DNA of 62,929 nt, counting the filler, from an uncultured Chlamydiae bacterium (GTDB lineage Bacteria > Chlamydiota > Chlamydiia > Chlamydiales > SM23-39), in the NCBI GenBank assembly GCA_937899275.1. It is 9 parts of 9 records of this genome, joined end to end, with 100 filler letters (N's around TTAATTAATTAA, not from the genome) between each part and the next. Parts side by side here need not be neighbours in the genome. Positions count along the whole stretch, not along the records: positions 35,997 to 62,929 come from CALBPE010000010.1; 8 more parts are not named here. One strand, 5' to 3'. Position 1 is the stretch's first letter. Every line of letters starts with the position of its first letter. Both the position numbers and the translations under genes were made by a program. Of the stretch, positions 39,182 through 47,825 are shown piece by piece. The notes under the pieces are model-generated. The model had not been told where the DNA came from. It did no database searches and saw nothing but the letters and a program-made list of their open reading frames with translations.

Positions 39182-39634
39182 CTAGAGTCGCGAATTGGCT
39201 GCGCTCTGGTCGTCATTTAGTTGTGCCAATGAAAATACACTTTGATTTCCGTTATGGTTACTCCGGGAACGCGAAAGAGGAGGTATGAGCATTCTATGAT
39301 CGGACTGTAGATCACAGGTCCATAGCCTTAAGGTGAAATCTCCTTTAGCTGGTCCCCCTATACAAGATAAATACGGCTTATTAGCTGGATTTTCTGAGAT
39401 GATCTCTATAGCCTTGACTATGATAAACTCTGTGACAATAAGTACAATCGCAGAACAGACAAGGAAATTGAGTCCCAGAAGTATTCTAGAGCGTAGTAGA
39501 ATGGCAGATGCGAATAGAATCAATTTCGCCATGTCATTCACTTGGATTATTTTGTTGACGAGCATGCAAGCTCTTAATCGATTTTCTTGTGTTTCTAGAC
39601 TCAAGTCATTGGGTAAAAAAGTAGTAGAAATCAT
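39182..39634 (-). CDS. Inc-like hypothetical protein (paralog A)
   Basis: LILFASAILLRSRILLGLNFLVCSAIVLIVTEFIIV hydrophobic domain; similar to the downstream gene. Confidence 0.6.
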   Translation of the reverse strand: MISTTFLPNDLSLETQENRLRACMLVNKIIQVNDMAKLILFASAILLRSRILLGLNFLVCSAIVLIVTEFIIVKAIEIISENPANKPYLSCIGGPAKGDFTLRLWTCDLQSDHRMLIPPLSRSRSNHNGNQSVFSLAQLNDDQSAANSRL

Positions 39635-39814
39635 ACCTTTATCTAAAAATTTTTGTTAGAACTATAAATTACTTTACGAAATAAAGTCTTGTGATTTTTG
39701 TCTTTTCAGGAAAAAACCTGGCGAACGCTCTAGTAAAAAAAGAGCAGAGAAGCTTGGGGAATACTTTTTTAAAAAATAAATTTATGGGATTTATGGGAGA
39801 TAATCGAATTATAT

Positions 39815-39896
39815 TGCCCAGGAAGGGACTCGAACCCCCACACCTTGCGGCATCAGAACCTAAATCTGACGTGTCTACCAGTTTCACCACCTGGGC
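39815..39896 (-). tRNA. tRNA-Leu (anticodon TAG)
   Basis: Reverse complement GCCCAGG...TCAGA-TTTAGGT-TCTGA, long variable arm, GGTTCGAGTCC, CCTGGGCA. Confidence 0.95.
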
Positions 39897-40053
39897 ATAT
39901 AATCTAATAATCTACAAAGAGGAGAGACTTTAGGTCAATTCCTATTTTTAGTTTTTTTCGAGAGCTTGATGCATAATCCAAATCTAATAAACTGTTGTCT
40001 ATTATATAGAAGATATGTTTATATATTAGGGTAACAATTATTTTTTAAAGCTT

Positions 40054-41845
40054 ATGACTACACAAAATTGTTCCCTTCCTATCAAATATTTTCCTACAGT
40101 TCACAGCTGCTTTCCTGCTCCTAAACAAGATGAAACCTCACTGGAAATGGTTTCTCGTAAGGTGACCACTGCAGTAAAGGTTGTTTTTGCCTTTACCCAC
40201 GACGTTTTTGGCAATATATACAGTGGGATTTTTTACACCTTACATACCTATATTTTTTCTTATATAACTCCCGATTACTTTCTGTGCACGCATTGGATTA
40301 CTCCCTTTGCGAATAAAGAGGATACTCCTTTAGAAACAGCCGTTAAAATAGCTGCTTTTGCATGCCTATTTTTCGCTACTATTCCTCTAGATATATTAGT
40401 GGGTGGTTGCAGCTGTCTTTCTACAGCGATTTTTGGCGATGAAATGGAAGGCTACCCTGGACCTCGCCTGAATCTTTATAGGACACGAGGTCCAAAACCC
40501 GATTATCCTGTGAATGAAGGCCTTATCAACAGTTACATAAACAATCCAGAAAAATACCAGAGGATAGCCCATGTGCCCGCTGGGAATGGAGCTAATAATT
40601 GTTTTGTAATATCTGCTGTTAGAGCTGGTTTAGCTAGTCGAGAATTCGCACGTAAACTGGTCGAAAAACGTGCTGAGCTACCCAATGTCTTTAATTTCTT
40701 TAACGCATTAGTTCATAAAGCTGAAAAAGCACAAGAATCAGGTGGAGATCCCGCTCCAGTGCATTCAGATTATGCATTTTCTATGCGTAGGGACTTTAAA
40801 GATAATGGTCAACCCATAACAGATGTACCGCAAACAGATGAAATGGGTAGTGATGCTACGGTTATTCAGTACTTACTGAATAAGTTAATGCCAAGTAGAG
40901 ATCACTACCAATTTCAAGCAATAGAAATACCTTTTGATAGCCTCTCTGAGGCAACGCAAAAAGCGCTCGAAGGTGATGTAAAAGCTGATAGCCTCTCTGA
41001 GGCAACGCAAAAAGCGCTCAGATCAGATATAGATATCGGCAATGGTGAGCGAGTAGTTAAATTAGGGAGGAAATTCTGGAGGGTGCAAAAGTGTCCATCT
41101 ACTCCAAAACCAATGTTAAATCTGGCAATCAGTGTCTTTTGAAACGCTTGTCAACAAAGCATTAAATCATTCTAGTGAAGTGGAATATAGAGTAAACGAT
41201 AAGACAGTGAAGACACGTAAATTGGAGAGGGAGATATTTCCAACGCCCTCTGAGATTTTACCTTTTACTCTTATGTCTTTCTACCATGAAAAAGTAGAAG
41301 ATAGGAAGGGAAATAGTAAAATTCGTACACGTAGAAGCGCTCCTCCTAAGTCTATTCCACAGAAACTCACTATTCCAGCATTGTACGTAGGAGGGGGCTT
41401 CCCTGTAAAATATCGCCCTATAAGTCTCATCTTTCGTACGGGTGATAGTCCAGATTCAGGGCATTATACAATGGCCGTTCGGTAACATAATGATGAACAT
41501 AATGATCAATGGGTTTTTTGTAATAGTTGCTCTAGTACTCATGAACGCATGAGCTGGGACAATCTAATGGAAAACAGATTAAAGTTATGTGTTGGAGTTT
41601 TCTATGAAAAAATCAATGATGCTGAAGAAGTAGAAGGTAAGGATTCTAAAGAAGTAGAGAGTAAGGATTCTGGGAAAGTAGATAACGAAAATGATCCACT
41701 TTATCCTTGTCTTAAATTTGATTTTCGAAAAATATCTTTCCCAGCCCTAGAAGGCGAAAGTGATTCACAGCGTCCAGAGGGCAAAGGTAATCAACAGCGT
41801 CCAGAGGGCAAAGGTAATCAACAGCGTCCAGAAGTCAAAGACTAA
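40054..41845 (+). CDS. USP-type (peptidase C19) deubiquitinase-like protein, split by a frameshift (~41130) and an in-frame TAA (41483-41485)
   Basis: Cys box NGANNCFVISAVRA, SDATVIQYLLNKL, PSEILPFTLMSF, His box YRPISLIFRTGDSPDSGHYTMAVR, QWVFCNS, CVGVFYEK, all in canonical USP order. Confidence 0.75.
40935..41019 (+). repeat. 34-bp exact direct repeat (period 51 bp) encoding DSLSEATQKAL twice
   Basis: TGATAGCCTCTCTGAGGCAACGCAAAAAGCGCTC at 40935 and 40986. Confidence 0.9.
41767..41832 (+). repeat. 27-bp coding tandem repeat x2.4 (QRPEGKGNQ)
   Basis: ACAGCGTCCAGAGGGCAAAGGTAATCA repeated. Confidence 0.9.
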
Positions 41846-41895
41846 GGCAATACCCTAGATGCATTAACTTTAGAACTGTAGAGAAAAATAAGGGT

Positions 41896-42354
41896 TTAGG
41901 GAGTGTCGTTTTCGTATATAGGATGAGGATAAAACCCAATTTCTCGAATAGCAAAAATTAGGTTTGCTACCTTTCCCCAAGGTGCATTTTCATCTATATG
42001 TAAAAGAACTTTTGTTGCGTTTTTTTCTTTTGGAATCAGACCTAGATCGTAGCGCCGAATGATCTCTTCTTGTACCTTTTCTTTATTTTCTAAGGGGTAC
42101 TTACTTAGCTCTGAAATCCATGCATATTTCCCATATTGATCGATCACAATACTAATATTTGCATGGGGCTGAGTAGCAATAGGCTCTTGCTCTGTATGTT
42201 TTGTTTTATATAGTTTTACCTCTGTATCAAAAATGCTAGATCGGGAAATAGCTAACACAGCGAAAAGAGACATCATTAAAAACAAGAAATCCATCATAGG
42301 AGCAAAGTTAAAGGTAGCTTGCTTTTTTAACGCATCTTCAGGTGTAAGATCCAT
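41896..42354 (-). CDS. exbD: ExbD/TolR family biopolymer transport protein
   Basis: FNFAPMMDFLFLMM TM motif, VLLHIDENAPWGKV. Confidence 0.85.
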   Translation of the reverse strand: MDLTPEDALKKQATFNFAPMMDFLFLMMSLFAVLAISRSSIFDTEVKLYKTKHTEQEPIATQPHANISIVIDQYGKYAWISELSKYPLENKEKVQEEIIRRYDLGLIPKEKNATKVLLHIDENAPWGKVANLIFAIREIGFYPHPIYENDTP

Positions 42355-42356
42355 AT

Positions 42357-43028
42357 CTAGACTTCTTGTTCTGGTGTTAGTAAATGACCAAGTCGTACCG
42401 ATTCATTCTGTATTACTTGCAATATATGAACTAAACGGTGCTTTAAAAAAGCAGAAAAAATCATAGAAGAAATAGCTACAATAAGACCTGCTACCGTTGT
42501 ACCAATTGCGATACCTAATCCGTCAAAAAGAGCCTGGATACTTTCAATAGAGCGGTTTGTATCGTAAAATGCATAGAACATACCTAAAATCGTGCCAAGA
42601 AGACCAAACATAGGGGAAATCACTGCAATATCGTTTAGTATGGATAAGCGGCTCCAAAAACCGGATAAAGAGGTTTTTCCTTGAGATTCCATAGAATGGA
42701 GTACAGCTTGTAAACCGCGGGATTTCGACTCTAATCCTCGAATAACAATTGCGCTAAAAACATGCTTTTCTGATTTACAGAGGCGAAGAAGTTTTTGATG
42801 ATCTTGTTTTTGGAGAAGCAGATAGCTTTTCTTTACAAATTCTTGTGGGATCAGCTCTTTTTTTCTACAAGTAATCAAAGAGTAAACATAAAGAGAGACA
42901 GAAGCTAAAGAAAGAAATAGCAAAATAGAGTAGATAACAGGGGAAGATTGAAAAATTTGTCGTAGATCAATACTTCCTGCCACTTCTGCTTGAGCAGCAG
43001 CAAAAATAATAGCGCTAAAAAAACACAT
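42357..43028 (-). CDS. exbB: MotA/TolQ/ExbB proton channel protein
   Basis: ISPMFGLLGTILGM, GLGIAIGTTVAGLIVAI. Confidence 0.88.
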   Translation of the reverse strand: MCFFSAIIFAAAQAEVAGSIDLRQIFQSSPVIYSILLFLSLASVSLYVYSLITCRKKELIPQEFVKKSYLLLQKQDHQKLLRLCKSEKHVFSAIVIRGLESKSRGLQAVLHSMESQGKTSLSGFWSRLSILNDIAVISPMFGLLGTILGMFYAFYDTNRSIESIQALFDGLGIAIGTTVAGLIVAISSMIFSAFLKHRLVHILQVIQNESVRLGHLLTPEQEV

Positions 43029-43416
43029 AGATAAGCCTTAATTTCGATTCACCTTTAATTACAATAAAAAACTATCTGCAATAACTGCAAGCAGTTTTCT
43101 AACGCATGTGGAGATAACTGGGCGTTTGGCGCTTTGTTTGTGGGTTTTCCCATGATCATACAAGCAGTAAAATATGTAGTTTGTCCTATGCTTGCCGTAT
43201 ACATTGGTTCAATCTTCTGTTTGAGGTGCCTGGCGAATCCTGCTTATTCTGCTCATAGTATTTGCGGATAGTGAAAAGTTTTTTAAATCACAATGGAGAT
43301 ATTGTAGGGTAGATAATTTATTTAGACAAAAAATAGGCGTCTTAAAAGGGTAAACTCTACTGAATTTGCCCTTTTTCTAACGCTTGGAAAAGCGCGTTTT
43401 GCTATACTCATTATCT

Positions 43417-44313
43417 ATGTTAGAGCTGCAAAATTCTTATTTACCTATCTCCTGGGATGAATCTTCTTTCTATATAGATGGAAAATCAGGCCCTTTTCAT
43501 ATTGGCTTATTTGATAGCTCCCTTCGAAAAGATATTGTTTTGATTCAGCTTCCATCGAATCCACGCTTACCTATTAACTGGAAAGAGCCTTTAGAAAAGG
43601 CCCAAAATACCTCCTTGCCTATCTTATGGGATATTGATTTTGGTTTGTCAGAAAAAAAACTCGGTAGCTACACCAATCCCTTGGAAGAAAAAACAAAACT
43701 TCTGACGGTAAAATATTTTATCGATAAGGTATATCCCCAGTTTGTGGCAAATAGCGTAGGTGTTATTTTACATAAAGCAAATGCATGTAAAGAAGACCCT
43801 CTGTTTGCATCAATAGATGGGTTAATTGACCATATTGCAACTTTTGCAAGGCATCTGCCTGATACTTTGCCTATATTTTTATTATTTGATGTATCTTCTT
43901 TACCGATGAGTAAAGCGGTTCAATTGCTACATAAAACAAGGTTTTCTCACTACGTCTTAGGTCTAAAGGGCGCAGGCTTTTCCTATCCAGGTTTTGCCTG
44001 GGGAAAAGGTGAAGGATCCTATGGCAAGATCATAGAGACAGAGACTATAGGCGTTTTAGTTCCAGATCATCCCTTTGAGGATCTTCTTAAAAAGCTAAAG
44101 TCCATTTCTTATAGGCTACTTTATAAAGAATTTGCCAATCAAGATTGGGTGGGTTTAGATGCGTTAGTTTTTGATGAAGATACGCCTCAAGTACGGCGGA
44201 TCTTACAAGGGTTTCAGGCAGCTGGAGGCTCGATTGCTTCGATAAATGGCCGGTTTGGCGTGCCTAAAGAGCAGCGCTTAGAAGATCTTTTAGCAAAAAA
44301 ACTAAAGACCTAA
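43417..44313 (+). CDS. Conserved hypothetical protein
   Basis: Long ORF, C-terminal RRILQGFQAAGG; no function recognised. Confidence 0.6.
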   Translation: MLELQNSYLPISWDESSFYIDGKSGPFHIGLFDSSLRKDIVLIQLPSNPRLPINWKEPLEKAQNTSLPILWDIDFGLSEKKLGSYTNPLEEKTKLLTVKYFIDKVYPQFVANSVGVILHKANACKEDPLFASIDGLIDHIATFARHLPDTLPIFLLFDVSSLPMSKAVQLLHKTRFSHYVLGLKGAGFSYPGFAWGKGEGSYGKIIETETIGVLVPDHPFEDLLKKLKSISYRLLYKEFANQDWVGLDALVFDEDTPQVRRILQGFQAAGGSIASINGRFGVPKEQRLEDLLAKKLKT

Positions 44314-44379
44314 TTTAGACTTAGTTTGGATCCAGTTTAAACCTAGTTTTATTCTCAGGGAAAATACAAGAAAGAAATA

Positions 44380-44454
44380 TCGGGGTAGAGGGATTTGAAC
44401 CCCCGACCTTCTGGTCCCAAACCAGACGCGCTAGCCAAACTGCGCTATACCCCG
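44380..44454 (-). tRNA. tRNA-Pro (anticodon TGG)
   Basis: Reverse complement CGGGGTATAGCGCAG...TCTGG-TTTGGGA-CCAGA...GGTTCAAATCC...TACCCCGA. Confidence 0.95.
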
Positions 44455-44572
44455 TCAAAGATACTATATATCTTACTGCAAAAATCTCTTTTTTCCCAGT
44501 AAAAACTCTATATAGAAAAAGTACTTGTGATTTCTAGTGCTTTTTGTCATGTTATCCTTAGAGGTGTTACAT

Positions 44573-46138
44573 ATGAAATTTTTAGCTTCTCCTGCTGTAA
44601 ATCGTCTTAAAAAATATAGTCAAAAACCCTTTGATCTAACAAAAAAAGGAGCTCTTAACTCCCGTAGAATCGAAACCCTGCAAGGCACCTTAGGTCCTCT
44701 TACTTTACTTTATGCAACTGACAGAGTGGATGACGCTGTCCTAGATAGTCTTTGGCAGCTTGCAGAAGAAAGGGGAGCGCTTGCCAAAATGCGCGCTATG
44801 CAGTCGGGGCAAAAATTGAATAAAATCCAAGGGGTGCCAAGTGAAAATCGAAGGGTTTTGCATACCGCTATGCGCGATTTTTTTTCTGATAGAAATCCCA
44901 GTAAACATGCGCTTGTAGCTAGCACAAAAGCCTTTGAAGAATTTGTTAAGCTAGAACAGTTTCTAAAGAAACGCTCTACGCAAAAGTACCATACGATCAT
45001 CCAAATTGGCATTGGCGGCTCCTATCTAGGTCCAGAAGCGTTGTATAAAGCTTTAGAAAAGTACCAAGTGCAAAACCGCTCTGCCCGGTTTATATCAAAT
45101 GTAGATCCAGATAATACCGCCCGCATACTAAAAGAAGTCGATCTGAAAAAAACTTTAGTCGTCGTTGTTTCCAAATCAGGCTCTACTCTAGAGACAAAAA
45201 CCAATGAAGCGTTGGTAAGAAAAGCTTTTGTCCAAAAGGGACTTGATCCAAAAACACATTTTCTATCAGTAACTGGGAAGAATAGTCCCATGGATAATCC
45301 AAAAGCGTACGCCGCTTCTTTTTACATGGAAGACTACGTAGGAGGAAGATACAGCGTTACTTCAATGGTCGGAGGCGTCCTTTTAGGATTTTGCTTTGGA
45401 ATCGAAACCTTTAAAGAAGTATTGAAGGGCGCATCTTATATGGATAAAGTCGCTTGTTCTGAAGAAAAACAGACAAACCTTCCCCTTTTAAGCGCTCTTT
45501 TAGGGATATGGAACCGCAATTTTTTGCATTACCCCACCTTTGCGGTGATTCCTTATACAGAAGGGCTTGCGAGGCTGCCTGCGCATTTACAGCAGTGTGA
45601 TATGGAATCGAACGGAAAAAGTATTGATAAAGAAGGCAGACAGGTGCCTTTTTGTACGGGACCTATTGTATGGGGAGAGCCTGGTACATCAGCGCAGCAT
45701 TCTTTTTATCAGTGGATTCATCAAGGAACAGATATCGCATCTATTGAGTGTATCGGCGTAAAACAGAGTCAATATGGCTATGATGAGCAAATAGAGGGTA
45801 CATCTTCACAAGAAAAGCTTCTGGCTAATTTATTCGCGCAGTCGATAGCTCTTGCTACGGGAAAAAAAGATGCTAATCCCAATAAACGCTTTCATGGGAA
45901 TAGGCCAAGCCGGATTTTACTAACAAAACAGCTTACGCCGTATAGTTTAGGCGCTATTTTATCTTACTATGAGCATAAAATCGCCTTTCAAGGGTTTTTA
46001 TGGGATATCAATTCCTTTGATCAAGAAGGAGTGCAGTTGGGAAAAAAACTTGCAGGTGAGATCATCGATTGTTTTAAAGGTACAAGCGCTCCAAAAGAGC
46101 CGATCAAAAGTTATTTATCGGCCTTAGAGCAGTTATGA
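44573..46138 (+). CDS. pgi: Glucose-6-phosphate isomerase
   Basis: ENRRVLHTAMR, IGIGGSYLGP, SKSGST, VGGRYS, MESNGK, GEPGT..QHSFYQ, NSFDQEGVQLGK. Confidence 0.97.
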   Translation: MKFLASPAVNRLKKYSQKPFDLTKKGALNSRRIETLQGTLGPLTLLYATDRVDDAVLDSLWQLAEERGALAKMRAMQSGQKLNKIQGVPSENRRVLHTAMRDFFSDRNPSKHALVASTKAFEEFVKLEQFLKKRSTQKYHTIIQIGIGGSYLGPEALYKALEKYQVQNRSARFISNVDPDNTARILKEVDLKKTLVVVVSKSGSTLETKTNEALVRKAFVQKGLDPKTHFLSVTGKNSPMDNPKAYAASFYMEDYVGGRYSVTSMVGGVLLGFCFGIETFKEVLKGASYMDKVACSEEKQTNLPLLSALLGIWNRNFLHYPTFAVIPYTEGLARLPAHLQQCDMESNGKSIDKEGRQVPFCTGPIVWGEPGTSAQHSFYQWIHQGTDIASIECIGVKQSQYGYDEQIEGTSSQEKLLANLFAQSIALATGKKDANPNKRFHGNRPSRILLTKQLTPYSLGAILSYYEHKIAFQGFLWDINSFDQEGVQLGKKLAGEIIDCFKGTSAPKEPIKSYLSALEQL

Positions 46139-47748
46139 AGGTTTGATAAAAGATCATCACAAACAGCTTGTATTGCAGGCGTAGTTGGGCTAAACGTTGT
46201 ATAAATTTTATCTGCTTTAGGAAAAAGACCTGCATCTAAAGGATCTTTTACCACAATTAAAATAAGCGGTTTTTTCCTTGCTATTAACGATTTTATAAGC
46301 GTTTTTTGAGAGGCGTTTTTCCACGCATTGTAAGAGAAAAAAAGGAGCATATCAGACTGCTCTTCTAGATCTTTAGCAGCTTGGATCTCTTTTTTGCTTG
46401 GAGAAAGATGCTGAAAAAATGCAAAACGGATTTCTTTTCCCAGTTGTAAGATAGACGTTTGTAAGAGTTTTTCTTTCATAGCAGCTGGGGCAAAAATAGC
46501 TAGCTTCATGTTCTGTAATAAGCTACACGCGCTATTGGTATTTTCCTGAATTTTTAAAGCGTGCGTTGCAATTTGCTTAGCGAGAGATGCATGTTTTTTT
46601 CGTTCCAATGAGGAGATAGGCGGCGGATTTTTTGATGGCGCGCCTAGGTATTTGGTTTTCAACTGTAAGATGCGTGTAACGGCCTCATCAATCCTTTCTT
46701 CAGAAATAATGCCTTTTTTCACAGCAGATGCGATGTTTCGGTGGATTCTTTGGATATCTTCTGCGCTAAGTTCTAGATCAGCATCATTGTAGTTTAGCTG
46801 CTTTCCACCTAGACATATGATATCGCAGCCTGCATTGATCGCCTGAATTGCCGCATCATCAACGGAAGAGCAGTTTTTTAAAAGTCCCTTCATCACAAGA
46901 GAATCAGAAATGATTACTCCTGCAAACTGCAGATCATTCCGTAGGATATCTAGTACATTTTTCGATAAAGTAGCGCAGTGAACAGGGTCAATTTTCGGAA
47001 GCATCACATGCGCTGTCATGACAGTATCTGCCTTTGGAGCCATCTTAGCAAAAGGGATAAACTCCATTTTTTCTAATTCTTCCTTAGATTTATTGATCAC
47101 AGGTAAATCTTTATGAGAATCTACTTCAACATCGCCATGCCCTGGAAAGTGCTTTAAAGAGGTGATGATTTTAGCCTGATGGTACCCTTCAACGGCTCTT
47201 TGCACAAAAGCTGCCACGATGTCTGCGGTACTTCCAAAAGAACGAAGCCCGATTACTGGATTTTTTGGATTGCTATTGATGTCGGCAACAGGGGATAAAT
47301 TGTAGTTTACCCCTACAGAGCGCAATTCTAAGCCCATAGCAAAAGCGCTTTTTTCTGCTAGAGTAGGATCGCCGCTCATGCCAAGAGCAAAATTTCCGGG
47401 AAACGTTGTAAATCCTTGTTTCAGCCTAGATACAATACCTCCCTCTTGATCTGCTGCAATAAACAGGGGAATAGCTAAGCTGTTTTCTCGGGTCAACGCT
47501 TGTAATCCTTGACTCAATTCAGCTACTTGCTCAGGAGAATGCAGCCCGGTTGCCCAATTGTAATAAATAAAGCCGCCTACCTTGACTTTCTGCACGAGTG
47601 TTTTTGCATCTTCATTTGCTGCTTCTCCATGAAAATGCACCAATAACATCTGACCGATTTTTTCTTCTAGGTCCATATCTTTTGCTGACTCATAGCTAAA
47701 TGATAAACATGTCATGGACGCAAGAGCTAGGATCACTTTTTTTAACAT
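46111..47748 (-). CDS. nagZ: GH3 beta-N-acetylhexosaminidase with signal peptide and C-terminal domain
   Basis: ADQEGG.VSR, NPVIGLRSFG, KHFPGHG...DSH, MTAH, ISDSLVM. Confidence 0.9.
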   Translation of the reverse strand: MLKKVILALASMTCLSFSYESAKDMDLEEKIGQMLLVHFHGEAANEDAKTLVQKVKVGGFIYYNWATGLHSPEQVAELSQGLQALTRENSLAIPLFIAADQEGGIVSRLKQGFTTFPGNFALGMSGDPTLAEKSAFAMGLELRSVGVNYNLSPVADINSNPKNPVIGLRSFGSTADIVAAFVQRAVEGYHQAKIITSLKHFPGHGDVEVDSHKDLPVINKSKEELEKMEFIPFAKMAPKADTVMTAHVMLPKIDPVHCATLSKNVLDILRNDLQFAGVIISDSLVMKGLLKNCSSVDDAAIQAINAGCDIICLGGKQLNYNDADLELSAEDIQRIHRNIASAVKKGIISEERIDEAVTRILQLKTKYLGAPSKNPPPISSLERKKHASLAKQIATHALKIQENTNSACSLLQNMKLAIFAPAAMKEKLLQTSILQLGKEIRFAFFQHLSPSKKEIQAAKDLEEQSDMLLFFSYNAWKNASQKTLIKSLIARKKPLILIVVKDPLDAGLFPKADKIYTTFSPTTPAIQAVCDDLLSNLHNCSKADK

Positions 47749-47825
47749 GGGTTTTCCCGGTGGTATTTTTCCGTGCAGTCTAGCAAGTTTTAGAGGTAAA
47801 ACACAATTTTCTTATAAATATACTT

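Noticed and set aside
39669..39933. ORFs 39669..39890 and 39691..39933
   Set aside because: Shadows of tRNA-Leu.
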